A stretch of DNA of 37,913 nucleotides from the IMG/VR virus record IMGVR_UViG_3300008085_000063, positions 1-37,913 of that record. One strand, 5' to 3'. This document shows, piece after piece, positions 24,351 to 35,600 of this stretch. The position numbers and the translations under genes are program-made. The first letter of the stretch is position 1, and each line of letters begins with the position of its first letter. Source of the stretch: a virus. Taxonomy: Duplodnaviria > Caudoviricetes. The notes below the pieces were generated by a model. The model saw nothing but the letters and a program-made list of their open reading frames with translations, made no database searches and had not been told where the DNA came from.

Positions 24351-25754
24351 TTAGAAATCATACCCATCATCGTAAGACTCGGAATTGTCATCAGGACTAG
24401 AAACCCCAATGACTGATACCATCTCCTCACTCTCATATCTTTCCATCGTAGCTGATGAGTTATATACACACTTCCCATCCTCAAATCCCCATTTCAATGC
24501 CTGGCCAACATACCTAAAACTGTCCGCGCCGTGAGAGGCTGAACCGTGTTCTGGACCTTCGTAATTCCCTGTCATGTCATTAAACTTACGCTTATAAATT
24601 TTCAACTGGTGAATAAGGTGAGCCGTAAATGGTAAGTGGAATGTCGTTGTATCAAGGTTAAGTAGTTCAGCCGCCTCATTGATACCCTGGTCTACACCAG
24701 TTTTTGGTAGTGTCGAGCTATTTGGCAACCCATTATCTCGCCATTTCTGGAGTCGCTGGATATGGTCGCTATCATTCCTCGTACCGTCGTGGGGTAGGAA
24801 ATGCCAGCCATAAATATATGGTTTACTCTGGATAAGCTTAACCATCGGCTCATCACCGATGTTGTTTGTCTCATAATAGTCGATGATATTGAGTTTTTTA
24901 TCAATGAACTGGAACCAAGTAATAGCTGTACTATCTGCACCGCCCCCAAGGTCAACCGCCGTATAAACAGGTTGGATCGGGTCATATGCGTTATTGCCGA
25001 TCCGCCCATCTTTCTCCATCGCCATAAGTGATACACCGTAGTACGAGGTTTGGTCGGTCTGCCCCCAATCGAGCAACATCTCTTGGCGGTAGTTGAAGTC
25101 ATTGCCAGTTTCAGCGATGTCGTCTTTGCGGAACTGCTCAAGCTGGGCTTTGGTGAATATCTTACTTTTATCAGCCCGCAAGTAAATAGCATATTGGGTT
25201 TTGTCTTTGGTCGCTCCATCATAGAGCTTTTTGAACGTCATACCAGAGATACCGGTAATCTTCGGCGTCGATTGAATAATAATCTGGCCACCGTTAGCAA
25301 GTGTAATTGGTCGGACTACCCGTAATGCCTTGGCTGGGATATCGACGAACTCATCGAATATATAAATCTTAGCGTTGGCACCACGCAGGGCATCAGGCTT
25401 GGTCGCACCAAGGACACGGAACACAGAGCCATTTTTTAGCTCGATATACATACTGTCCTCAGTACCGCTGGAGCGAGCAATTAGCTCTTTCGGGATATAC
25501 TCGATAGTCTTGAAGCCATCGTTTTCCACGTTAGTCCAGAAGTTGTCGAAGCCTTGTTTCAAAGTCGGGTACACCATGATGACCGTCATCGTCTCCTCGA
25601 CCATACGCTGAATAGCATAAGCAAAAGTAGTCAGCGTCTTACCGGCACGACGGTGGATAACCAAAACGCTAAAACGGCTATGTTTCAAGCCGTTTAATAC
25701 GTCTAACTGATACGGTCGAACACTAGGATCGTAGTGGGCGGGAACTTGTATCAT
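24351..25754 (-). CDS. terL: Terminase large subunit
   Basis: RPYQ, HRRAGKT (Walker A), LRG...IFDE (Walker B), QSTP, nuclease motifs DLG..DST, LPHD, SHGADSFRY. Confidence 0.93.
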   Translation of the reverse strand: MIQVPAHYDPSVRPYQLDVLNGLKHSRFSVLVIHRRAGKTLTTFAYAIQRMVEETMTVIMVYPTLKQGFDNFWTNVENDGFKTIEYIPKELIARSSGTEDSMYIELKNGSVFRVLGATKPDALRGANAKIYIFDEFVDIPAKALRVVRPITLANGGQIIIQSTPKITGISGMTFKKLYDGATKDKTQYAIYLRADKSKIFTKAQLEQFRKDDIAETGNDFNYRQEMLLDWGQTDQTSYYGVSLMAMEKDGRIGNNAYDPIQPVYTAVDLGGGADSTAITWFQFIDKKLNIIDYYETNNIGDEPMVKLIQSKPYIYGWHFLPHDGTRNDSDHIQRLQKWRDNGLPNSSTLPKTGVDQGINEAAELLNLDTTTFHLPFTAHLIHQLKIYKRKFNDMTGNYEGPEHGSASHGADSFRYVGQALKWGFEDGKCVYNSSATMERYESEEMVSVIGVSSPDDNSESYDDGYDF

Positions 25755-25776
25755 TACACTGCCCTCCTAGTGTATC

Positions 25777-26175
25777 TTATTTAGCTGTTGTTTTGGTAGC
25801 AGTTTTAGGCTTGCTGGCATCAGCGACACGCTTCAAGTAGTCCTTTTGAGCGTCACCTTTATTGTCTCGGCTTGCTCGGGTTTCAAGTTCGTCAACCTGG
25901 AATATCTCGTCAAGCCATGCGTCAACGATGTGGTTGATATTGACGTCTAGTGGGTTCATCTTGCGCTCTTTAGCGAAGGTACGGATGAAGTTCTTGTCGT
26001 CGTAGCGGCCTTCCCATAAAGCACGGACTTCTGGGTCAACTCTCCAGCCTAGGTCATAGACGTGGGCGTTTTTGTGAACGTCACCACTCTTGATATAAGC
26101 TTCAACTTGTGGTCGGCGAGACAATTTTACTGATTGTCCTGTTACGATATTTTCAAATTTGATTGGTAGTGACAT
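25777..26175 (-). CDS. Hypothetical head-module protein
   Basis: Coupled to the scaffold gene; biased codon use. Confidence 0.75.
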   Translation of the reverse strand: MSLPIKFENIVTGQSVKLSRRPQVEAYIKSGDVHKNAHVYDLGWRVDPEVRALWEGRYDDKNFIRTFAKERKMNPLDVNINHIVDAWLDEIFQVDELETRASRDNKGDAQKDYLKRVADASKPKTATKTTAK

Positions 26176-26177
26176 AA

Positions 26178-27182
26178 TTATTTCCCTTCAAAGTACCTAT
26201 CGAAGGCACTTGTTAAATTATCTTTTTTAGCGGCTGGCGTATTGTTGTTACCAACAGGTAAGTCAGCGCGGTCAGCTTGCTTAGTCTTTTCAGCTTCGGC
26301 AGTTTTGCGAGCTGCCTCGCCCTCTGCTTTTAGCTCCATCTGTTTGGCCACACTCTGCATCGGTTTCATCGCCGTCTCGTAGTAAGCCACCACATTTAGG
26401 GGCATATCGGTGATATAACCAGCCTTAGTAACTTTAGTGGTCTTTAGATAATTGTCGAGTAGTTGTTTGGCAATCTCTGGATTAGATTTTAAGAACGTGC
26501 CATATTTCTGCTCGACGATTTGCGAACCTTCAAAGAACGACTGGTTGTTCTCGGCATAAGAGTCAATCAGTTGTTCGCGCTGTTCGATAGCCTTGTCGAT
26601 TTGCTTCTGGGCGTTGTCCCAATAGTCCTTAGCTTCTTCGTAAGTGAATAGCTCTTGAGTTTTGGGGTTAATCAACTTACCTGCTATTTGGCTCGGCCCA
26701 ACAATAATACCGTTGTCGCTATCTTTGATTTGTAGATCAACGTCAATGCCTTCTGGGAATAACTCGCTGCGGAGTTCGCTGCGGAGTGACTTACGAGTTG
26801 TCTGTTGAGCTTCGGCCATAGCAGTTTGTTCAGCTAGGGCAGCCCGAATATCATCTTTAGTAGCGAACTGTTCTTTCTTATCATCGCCATCTGGTTTAGC
26901 TTCGTCAGCCTTGTTTTGGTCTGATGAGGTATCGGTAGGTGGGACTTTATCCTCATCAGATTTCGTGGAGTCCGTTTCAGAAGTGTCCTCCCCAGCCGAT
27001 GTCTCTGTCGATTTGTCATCGTCAGTACCCTCGTCATCAGCTTTAGTATCCTCTGAAACGCTAGTGTCGGTTGAAGAAGTATCGTCAGTCTCATCGGCTA
27101 CTTCTTCTTTTTTATTTTCTTTATCTAAAACTTCCGTTTGTTTATCATCGAATAGGTTAAATTTTTCATCGTCTCCGAACAT
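26178..27182 (-). CDS. Capsid scaffolding protein
   Basis: Long acidic disordered N-terminus, helical body, short C-terminal helix; lies after the portal. Confidence 0.7.
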   Translation of the reverse strand: MFGDDEKFNLFDDKQTEVLDKENKKEEVADETDDTSSTDTSVSEDTKADDEGTDDDKSTETSAGEDTSETDSTKSDEDKVPPTDTSSDQNKADEAKPDGDDKKEQFATKDDIRAALAEQTAMAEAQQTTRKSLRSELRSELFPEGIDVDLQIKDSDNGIIVGPSQIAGKLINPKTQELFTYEEAKDYWDNAQKQIDKAIEQREQLIDSYAENNQSFFEGSQIVEQKYGTFLKSNPEIAKQLLDNYLKTTKVTKAGYITDMPLNVVAYYETAMKPMQSVAKQMELKAEGEAARKTAEAEKTKQADRADLPVGNNNTPAAKKDNLTSAFDRYFEGK

Positions 27183-27183
27183 A

Positions 27184-27468
27184 CTAAACCCCCAAACTTT
27201 CTATTGCTTCCATAAGCTCCGCTCTGATTTCAGTCAGATGGAACTTAACCTTTTTATTTATTGCTAGTTGCTGTTTAACCGTGAAGCCAATCGTCTTTTC
27301 ATCTGAGCCAAGGCTGTCAACACTGTCATAGAACCCTATCCGGTTTTCAAGTAATGCTAGTGACCTCTTAATAGCCCCCTTATCTGCCACATCCTGTGGG
27401 TCTGGGGCTGTCGATGCTAAAATGGAACTTTCCGTAGAACGGTAATCCAATTCGTCGTTGTCAAACAT
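27184..27468 (-). CDS. Hypothetical protein
   Basis: ORF abuts the scaffold gene; TTGACA at 27501-27506 upstream. Confidence 0.7.
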   Translation of the reverse strand: MFDNDELDYRSTESSILASTAPDPQDVADKGAIKRSLALLENRIGFYDSVDSLGSDEKTIGFTVKQQLAINKKVKFHLTEIRAELMEAIESLGV

Positions 27469-27489
27469 ATCGAGTCTATTTAAGCACTA

Positions 27490-27645
27490 TCAATTTGGAT
27501 TGTCAACAGTTTCTTCGTAATAATCTTCGTTGATGCCTAAAATTAAACTTATCAGCATCTCAGCCGTAATTAACTCGCCTGTCTCAATAAACTCATTATT
27601 AAGTATGAGAGCCACCGTCTCCCATACTTTAAGTGGCACACGCAT
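27490..27645 (-). CDS. 51-aa hypothetical protein
   Basis: ATG 27645 follows the portal stop; fills the gap. Confidence 0.5.
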   Translation of the reverse strand: MRVPLKVWETVALILNNEFIETGELITAEMLISLILGINEDYYEETVDNPN

Positions 27646-27649
27646 AGTG

Positions 27650-29389
27650 TTAAGCCTGCTGTCCTGCTGGTTGTGGTTGCACAGGGGCTCCGCCCATAGG
27701 GGCTGTCGGTTGTGATTGGTTAGAACTGTCCATTTGGATGCTTGGGTCGATAGCTTCAAACAGTTTGTCTTCTAGCATGTTCTTACGTTGTATCGCTACA
27801 GGGTCATTAGGGTTAGATGTTTGGCTGGCAACTGTTACAGCATCTTGAAGGTCAGCTCGTTTCTTAGCTTCGAGTGTTTCTTTGCTCATAGACAAATCGA
27901 CGTTAACTTTCCAAGTTTTGATACTGTCATAGTATTCTTCCCAGTTAATGTGAACAATATTGTCATCGCCGACCGGAGGCACGAACATAGGAGCCTCTGG
28001 TGATGGAATAAACTTGCTTTCAGATAACGAGTTGATAGCTTCTTTCGCTTCATCGTCGATAATTAAGTCTTCTTCACCTACTTGTTCACTGAGGTGGAGG
28101 TCGATTGAAGTAAGACCAATTTGCTGTAAAAAGTTCTCTAGCATGTTAGTGATTTGCGTAGAACTGATGTCTTTGACTTTGTTCTGTTCCTGCACAGCAT
28201 CTTGGTTTTGGTAAGTGCTAGGAGCGACAGCGCTACTTACACCCGACACACCCATAATAGTTAGAATTTGTTGACCGGAGAAATCCAAAACTTGGCGGAA
28301 TTGAGTTAGTGTCGTGTTGCTAAGTTCAACTAAGCGAGCATCAGCATTTGGGTCGAGTGTTTTCCAACTGGCACGTCGCTTCAACTGAATAGGAGTCGTG
28401 AATTGACCGCGCTGTATTACTGGTGGGTCGGCGTTAATTAACTGCATACGAGCAGTCGATTGTAGGTAGATGTTGGCATAGTTAGCGGCAGGGCTGGCTA
28501 GACGAGCTCGTGAGACACCGAATGGGCTACGAGCCGTTGGGTCAAGGACAAGTGATGGGACTCGTGGATAGCCGAATTTACTCTTGCTTTTCATCGTGCG
28601 AAGTGGGCGGCTAATGTTCGTAGCGAAGGTAACTATATCGTAATATGGGCCGGTACCGAACATACTAATAACATCGTATTGGTTAGATAGGGCACTTATC
28701 TGCCCCCAATTGTCACGAGGCTCGCTGACATCGTTTCGTGGGTCCTGCTCGGCGTTAGGGCCAGATTTTAGCAATTCCTCGAGAGCTGAAACGTCCCAAG
28801 TAGTGTCTGGATTGGCTTTGGCATTTTTAATAAGCTTCTTTATAGCACCAGTAGTGACACGGTTACGGACGAAATAGAAGGTGCTCTCATTCCAGTCGAA
28901 TACACCTTTTTCGATAGCCACGTCGCCGTAGCCTACCTGCTTAAGCTTTGTACCAAAATCATTCCCAATAGAACCGGTCGAAATAGTGAAAGCCTGGAAG
29001 CCACGGGTTAAAGCACTCTCAGCCCCAGTTTGGAGTGTTGATAGAATGCCTTTACCAAATGTGTCCTCATTGAACACTTTGTCGCGGAGTAGGAAACTAG
29101 CAATATAGGCCTTAATAGAGTTCTTGGTACCGTTCACAGTCATCGAGAATATAGGCACCTGTTGGATAGAATTGCGCGGTATTTGTCGTATTGCCCCAGC
29201 TAGAGTGACATCACCAACGATGGGAGCATCTTTAGCGTTGTTCAAGGCGACTCCGTCTGCAAGCTTATCTAGGGCTAGGAAATCTTGGGTATACCCATCA
29301 ATCCACTCTTTGGCAGTCTTCCACTCAGCGATTAAATCGCTGACATCTTTAGTTTCGTCTTTTATTGGTTCTTTATTCATGTTAGGCAT
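27650..29389 (-). CDS. Portal protein (start 29389 or 29380)
   Basis: Size (~580 aa), SPFGVS stem motif, ADPP clip region, Q/P-rich C-terminus, position before the scaffold. Confidence 0.78.
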   Translation of the reverse strand: MPNMNKEPIKDETKDVSDLIAEWKTAKEWIDGYTQDFLALDKLADGVALNNAKDAPIVGDVTLAGAIRQIPRNSIQQVPIFSMTVNGTKNSIKAYIASFLLRDKVFNEDTFGKGILSTLQTGAESALTRGFQAFTISTGSIGNDFGTKLKQVGYGDVAIEKGVFDWNESTFYFVRNRVTTGAIKKLIKNAKANPDTTWDVSALEELLKSGPNAEQDPRNDVSEPRDNWGQISALSNQYDVISMFGTGPYYDIVTFATNISRPLRTMKSKSKFGYPRVPSLVLDPTARSPFGVSRARLASPAANYANIYLQSTARMQLINADPPVIQRGQFTTPIQLKRRASWKTLDPNADARLVELSNTTLTQFRQVLDFSGQQILTIMGVSGVSSAVAPSTYQNQDAVQEQNKVKDISSTQITNMLENFLQQIGLTSIDLHLSEQVGEEDLIIDDEAKEAINSLSESKFIPSPEAPMFVPPVGDDNIVHINWEEYYDSIKTWKVNVDLSMSKETLEAKKRADLQDAVTVASQTSNPNDPVAIQRKNMLEDKLFEAIDPSIQMDSSNQSQPTAPMGGAPVQPQPAGQQA

Positions 29390-29412
29390 ATTATATCACT
29401 TCCGCTTATGTT

Positions 29413-31476
29413 TTACCTTATGTCCGGACTTATTCCCAAACTTTGGCCTTCAAACGACACGCTACGACCAATAAAGGCCGAGTTAGTCAGGTTGACAGCC
29501 ATAGTTACTCGGAGCTCATTAGTAATGTCATCAATCGGGATTGCGTAACGAATACTGTCTTTTTGGGAATTTTCAACGTCAGCAAGGACATCAGTCTCAC
29601 CCCAACGAAGCACGTCTGTATCACCCTTGAAGCTGTAACCAGGTGACGACCAGTTACCGCCTGAGCTTTGGGAATATGAGCCGTTGGTGATAGTGTCAGT
29701 AATGACTTGCCATTCACCTTCTTGGTCACGATAACGGACGGTGACATCAACCGAGCCGATGAAATTAGTCAAGTAGAACATGACTTGAACGACTGCGTAG
29801 TAACCGGTGTGGGCCGCATTACTGCCGATGATACCAGTAGTGACGGAGACTGGGAACGGAGCCGTAACGCCTGAGCTATCCTCGTCAAGAGCAACATATG
29901 ACTTTTGGAGCCTGAATATATGATTGTCTTGGCAGACGTAGATGAAAGCCGGCTCATCACTTGGGCTGATAGTACCGATCCATTGAGACGGTATTTCAAA
30001 TGTGTACCAAATAGGTAGGTCCTTGTTAGTGCTATCATAAACAATTATCTCGTTATTAGTATTGAAACCACGAGCTGAAATAGACCAGAGTACCCTGTCG
30101 CCCCAGGCCGTACCAACAACAGAAGCTAGACGGTTATTTTTGATAGTTGAAACTTCATTAACAATTGGGTTCGATATTTTATTGGTCGATAGAACGTTCT
30201 GGATAGAAGCCTGGGTGTCCATTTTCACGAAACCATCGGTGCTTGGGAACTGGAGAGCCCCCTTATAATTGACTACACCGTAAGGGCTTGAAACACCGGC
30301 CGCGCCGTAGTTCTGTTCGGTCGAGCCCCAGACTATGAAACTAATATCACCGTAAGTAACAGTTTGTTGTTCAACAATTGATTGCTTCGATAGACCTTGG
30401 GTATTTGAGAATAAGACAGTGATACTTGGTATGCCCTGACCGTTACGGAAACCGACAACTGACATAGGGTAGTAGTTAGTACCTTGATTAAGGACTAAAC
30501 GATAGCCACCATTAGTCGGCGAAAAGTCGAGAGCGTGTTCACCGTTGCCACCTATATTGAGTGAATAGTCATCATCAGTGACACCGAATAAGAATGGACG
30601 GCCCTCAATTTCAACACCGTATTTAGCTTTCGGACCCTCAGTTGAGTTATCACTTGGGGCGGTGCCTGCCGATAGATTGACTGCTAAAGAGCCATTATCG
30701 ACGAATGTGAGGATAGATAAGTCAAGACCAGTGGCAAGAGGCAACATATCAATATCAGCAATAGCGGCACCAGATGGAGCAGTTGAAACATATAAATTCC
30801 AAGATACAGCACCAGTTGGAGCGGTATTATTTCGAGTGACGGTTAAGTATTCGGTGCCATCAACTTTCCAAGTATCGCGCGATTTTGATACTGCTTGTGT
30901 TAGGATTGGGCTATTTTTGGTCATGCCGACGGTTGAGTTGAAAGATATTGAGTAATAGACCTTGAACGAGCCAGAGGCGGTAATACCAGTTGCAGCGGCG
31001 GTTGGGGCATTAGTAGGGTCGGTCACAGCATCATAGTGGTAAACTGTCATATCGCTCAAGTCAAGATAACCGAGTTTATCTGTGCCGTTAAGAATGAGCA
31101 GTTTATCGAGGACACGAAGGAATGTATTGACTACACCAGTTGTCGTGACTGCATCGCCACCAGCATCAGTCCAGACCGTATCACCACTCTCACAGTATTT
31201 AATCTTGCTGCCATTAGCAACAACATAATAAAGAACACCACCATAAAGAGCTGGGAATACCTGATAAACTGTTTCAACCGTGTCTGGCAACCATTTGCGA
31301 AGTCCGAAACGGTGGGTAATCAAACCCTGTTCATTAACCATCGCATTTCTACTAGCAGAAAAAGAGTTCGGAGTAATATTAGTTTCGCCACGTTGGTCAA
31401 GCCCACCGTTAAAAGAAACGATGTCCAAAGAGGTAATCTTTGACTTCGGGACTTTTTCAGGTTTGGTAATAGCCAT
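29413..31476 (-). CDS. Tail nozzle / packaged-DNA stabilisation protein (P22 gp10 / T7 gp12-like)
   Basis: N-terminal SFNGGLD...N.....G....R.G motif; beta-rich, 687 aa. Confidence 0.75.
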   Translation of the reverse strand: MAITKPEKVPKSKITSLDIVSFNGGLDQRGETNITPNSFSASRNAMVNEQGLITHRFGLRKWLPDTVETVYQVFPALYGGVLYYVVANGSKIKYCESGDTVWTDAGGDAVTTTGVVNTFLRVLDKLLILNGTDKLGYLDLSDMTVYHYDAVTDPTNAPTAAATGITASGSFKVYYSISFNSTVGMTKNSPILTQAVSKSRDTWKVDGTEYLTVTRNNTAPTGAVSWNLYVSTAPSGAAIADIDMLPLATGLDLSILTFVDNGSLAVNLSAGTAPSDNSTEGPKAKYGVEIEGRPFLFGVTDDDYSLNIGGNGEHALDFSPTNGGYRLVLNQGTNYYPMSVVGFRNGQGIPSITVLFSNTQGLSKQSIVEQQTVTYGDISFIVWGSTEQNYGAAGVSSPYGVVNYKGALQFPSTDGFVKMDTQASIQNVLSTNKISNPIVNEVSTIKNNRLASVVGTAWGDRVLWSISARGFNTNNEIIVYDSTNKDLPIWYTFEIPSQWIGTISPSDEPAFIYVCQDNHIFRLQKSYVALDEDSSGVTAPFPVSVTTGIIGSNAAHTGYYAVVQVMFYLTNFIGSVDVTVRYRDQEGEWQVITDTITNGSYSQSSGGNWSSPGYSFKGDTDVLRWGETDVLADVENSQKDSIRYAIPIDDITNELRVTMAVNLTNSAFIGRSVSFEGQSLGISPDIR

Positions 31477-31479
31477 AAA

Positions 31480-32178
31480 CTAAAACCCAACTCCCCTGAT
31501 ACCGGATAGGTTTTCGGACACAGTAGATGACGAGGTTGATGTCATATCATTTTCAGCCTTAGCGCCATTTAATAGGTCACCATATTTCTGGGTGAAGTTT
31601 GGGGTAAGCCCACCTTGAACGACATCTGGCAAGGTTTGGTTTTTAACCACTCCAAGTGTGATAAGTTCTAACGGATCAATCAGAGATAAGACATCAATGT
31701 CGGTTAGCGATATTTTTGGCAGATATTTAACGACATCAACTTTAATCTCGCCATCTATTTCTTGGTCAGTCAGGGCACGAGAAAATACTACACTGCGAGC
31801 GATAAGCGCCACTCGATTAGGGTTGTCATCAGCTCCAGCGTTCCTTATCTGGTTTGGAGAGACAACATCCCAGACGGACACTACTGCACCATCTTTTACT
31901 ATATATAGTGGTCTGTTTTCATCTTTAACTAAAGTACGATAAATAGCTGGGAGAGTATAAGAAGTCGCCGATGTTGCAGTTGCTAGGATATAATCATTTG
32001 TTCTAACCCAGCCCCAATAAGCTTCTTTATCTAGCTCTGACAAAAACTGGTTGATCTGAATAATAGTAGTCTCAAGAAACGTGGTTAGGCGCGTGCCAGT
32101 CACGTTGTTTTTGCGGTTCTTTCTAGTCACATATATTTGTTGAGCTAGGTCGGTTACTTCGGTTGTATAATCTGCCAT
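31480..32178 (-). CDS. Head-tail adaptor (tail tubular protein A-like)
   Basis: IN..L.EL....WGW...SYTLP pattern; directly upstream of the nozzle. Confidence 0.72.
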   Translation of the reverse strand: MADYTTEVTDLAQQIYVTRKNRKNNVTGTRLTTFLETTIIQINQFLSELDKEAYWGWVRTNDYILATATSATSYTLPAIYRTLVKDENRPLYIVKDGAVVSVWDVVSPNQIRNAGADDNPNRVALIARSVVFSRALTDQEIDGEIKVDVVKYLPKISLTDIDVLSLIDPLELITLGVVKNQTLPDVVQGGLTPNFTQKYGDLLNGAKAENDMTSTSSSTVSENLSGIRGVGF

Positions 32179-32187
32179 GTTTTACCC

Positions 32188-32604
32188 CTATAATGCTAGT
32201 GCCATTATAACATCTTTCTTATGCTTTTTCATATGGACATTTGAGTGACAATTACGACATAACCACACCACCCCTAATGGCTTTGAGTAGTCGTCGTGAT
32301 GTGCCTCGACATCAGTGATACTAGGACACCTTTCACAGAAGAAGGGCTTAACTAGAACACCGTTGCGGACGGCGTTTCTCACTTCAAGTCTAGCCTTGTG
32401 CCTCTCTGGGTACTTAGCCACGCTTTTCTTCATTGCGAGTGAAGTCCTCTCAGCACCACGAACTGTAGACCGATACGCCTTCAACCTCTTACGGTTACAT
32501 TCCCTACAAGAATAGTAAGAATGTACCTTTCCACTTTTCATTCTTAGGACGGCGGTAGGCTTCGGCATTAAGTTTTCAGTCGTTTTACAGTGTCGGCATA
32601 TCAT
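32188..32604 (-). CDS. HNH endonuclease
   Basis: CRHC, CREC, CERC, EAHHDDYSKPLGVVWLCRNCH. Confidence 0.88.
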   Translation of the reverse strand: MICRHCKTTENLMPKPTAVLRMKSGKVHSYYSCRECNRKRLKAYRSTVRGAERTSLAMKKSVAKYPERHKARLEVRNAVRNGVLVKPFFCERCPSITDVEAHHDDYSKPLGVVWLCRNCHSNVHMKKHKKDVIMALAL

Positions 32605-35600
32605 AATGAAACCCCACGCTTAACGCTAATATTACGTTTAACCTTTTTGGACGCTTCACCGATGCCTAATGGCTTAACAAGCGGAGTATTCCAGCTAGAT
32701 TTGATGGTCGGATTGGTGAACCCAGATTTTTCAGCATTTACAGCGGAGGTACTTGCGAATGAGAAGCTATTACCGCCAGAGCCACTACCTGAACCACTGC
32801 CATATTTCGACGCTGAATGGTCGCCATCTTTCAACGACACGCCAGCACCAGCACGTGCCTCATCCAAAGCTAGCAGAGCCTTACGGATAGGGTTTTCAGG
32901 TGCCATAGCCAACAATTCTTTTTTCGAGATGTTTTTGTACTGTTCTTCCAAAGTGGCAGTCCAGTAAGGTAATGTGGCGTTGACTTGTGATGAGATAGCC
33001 TTGTAATGGAGCGATGACGAGTTTTCGAGGTTATCATCTTTAGCCGTCAAGGTATCGTTAGCAATGGCGTTTTCGTACCTACCAACGTGATAATCGACAG
33101 CATTTGTCTTGTCTTCTAGCCACTTATCACGCTCGTCTACACCCATGAGCGTACCAATGGCAAGAGCACTCTTGGCGGTGTCAGAAAGACTGTCGTTAAT
33201 ATCTTCTAACTTACCTGAGTAAAGGGTAGACTGTAGGGCATCTTTTTTACCTTCATCGTCAAGCCCTTGGTACCACTCGGACTTGGTGATACGATTCGCC
33301 ATATCCTCAGCATTTTTCTGTGTATTTGAATTACCACTTGGTTTGAGCCCAAGGCGATTTGCCTCTGCTCCAAGTTCAGTCTCGCCCCAACCACTGCCAA
33401 CAGTGTTGAGCGGGATGATAGCTTTGAGTGGGGAGTTTGGAATTTTATTGCCGAATTGGTCTGTCTTTTCAGTGAGCATCTGTTCACGGAGCCCAGGAAC
33501 CTTAGAAGCCAGTTGCTGCATAAATTGGACGAAAGCATCATCATCCTTTGTCACGCGCTGATATGGGTCGGTAGCATTTGCAATAGAGTTAATTTCACCA
33601 GAGAACGGCGCAAAAGCAGCCAGCATATTAGGGAACCTACTTGCCAACCCACTCAAATCACCATTAAGGGCATCCCCCATTTGGCTCATCGTATCGCCGA
33701 TACTATCAGCACCGAAATTACTTAGGACTTGGCCAGTGACTAAAGCGGGGATTGAAGCAATATTGACCGCACTGTCACCTCGAGAAATAGCGGCCGCGAT
33801 CATGACAGGAACGGCGTATGGGCCGATAAAACGACCGAGTTCAACATAATCATTGCCAAGTTTTAATGAATATGGAGGCACCCATTCACCGTTTGCCTGC
33901 TTCTCAGGTTCAGAGCCAGTAATCATATCAGATTGACCAAGCAAAACGCCAAGTCCAGCCAAGCCTGTCCCGGCAGCAGCACCGTCAATCGCGTCACGAA
34001 GATGAAGCGCTTTTTGGAGGGCAGTCGCATCGTCAATCACGTTAACCTTCGAGGCCTTGTAGAGGTTGCTCATCCCAAACGTGGCATAATCCATACCCTT
34101 GCTACCGACATTCCAGACGACACGGGGGAAGCCTACAAGTGGGATGCTAATAGCATCAGCCATATTACGACGAACAGATCGTGAGAGAGTGGTAGCGAAC
34201 GTATTGTCTATAGCCTTGTTCAAGCCAGATTTTGCGCCGTCAAACCATGTATTAACAGCTCCCTTAGTAACACCAGGGCCACCTCGGACTGTGCGACCGG
34301 TAATGTCACCGATACCAGAGAAACGGTTACGGTTAGTTGAGAACTGGTTGAACACACGATCCCATTCCTTAGTCCCGACAGCTTTACGGATATATTCTGT
34401 TACGTCGGCTGCACCCTGAGTCTCAGCCTGAGCCGCGAAATAACGGGCAGTATCTAGCGTCGGAGCTGATTGACGGGAACCAAGTTCAGTAACGTAGGTA
34501 CCAGCCGCATTGTAACGACCAGCCGCTTTCTGCAGGACATTATCTGATGTAGCATCGCCTATAGCCTTATTTAATGTATAGTTATTTTTGCGCTGGTTAA
34601 GCACAGAGTCACGAGCCACAGTTTTAGCCGCCTGTTTGCCAGCTTTAGTAGTAGGACGGAAATCTTTAGTAGCCCCACGAGTAAGTGGAGAAGTTAGGGC
34701 ATCACCAACCGACTGAGTTATTTTTCCTACCTGGTCGGCGATACGACCTGGTAACTGGAACAGCATGTTGGTCTTAACGAATGACTGCTGATAAGCAGTT
34801 TGTTTGTGGGCATATTCTAGGCGGTTTTCAAGCTCAACAATACGGGCCGTTTTTTGTTCTCGTGATAGATTACTTGCCTTAGTCTCTTTGATGAGGTCAT
34901 CAATCTGCTTTTTCATTTGAGTTAGCTTATCAACAGAATTATCAATAGTTTTCTGGTTGACAGCTTTTTGCGCTTTCTTAATAATAGTCTCATCGCCGAT
35001 TTTAGCCGCGTCTGCGTAATCGCGTTGGAGAGAGACTAGTTCATCCGCATTTTTCGTTATCTGGCCACCATCAAGTTTAACTGGTTTACCGTCCATACCA
35101 GTAAGAGGTTCTTTAGACGCACCGAACATAATATCATTCATGTCAGTCTGAGATATACGAGTTGACTTAATAGAGTCGACCTGAGTATCTGATAGGTACT
35201 GGGAACCCTTGCCTCGGACGTAGTAATCAGTATAGGCGGCGCGGATACCCTCTGGCAGTTTATCACTCACCGTACCATCGGCTTTAATGAAACCACCGCT
35301 ACGGCCTTTAGAGTAATTGAAAGTGCTTGCGTTTATATCTTCTGGCGTAAATACTTTTTCAATGCTTGACTCGTCACCAGTTGGGAGGTAATCACGGCGG
35401 ATACCTAAGTCTTTATCTATAATGCCTTGTGATGTCAAGACACGCTCCGCATCGTTGATGTTCTTATTCAAGTAATCAAAAGCTTCACGCTCGGCTGGAG
35501 TGAGTTGAGCGGTAGTTTTATTAACATCTGCAACATATAGTTTCTCGCCAAGCTTACTGACATCAGAGCCTTCACGGGCCAGTATCTCATCAGCTTTATT

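Noticed and set aside
24692-25222. Alternative-frame and antisense ORFs in the track (this one and similar)
   Set aside because: Nested within well-supported genes, without SD or recognisable motifs.
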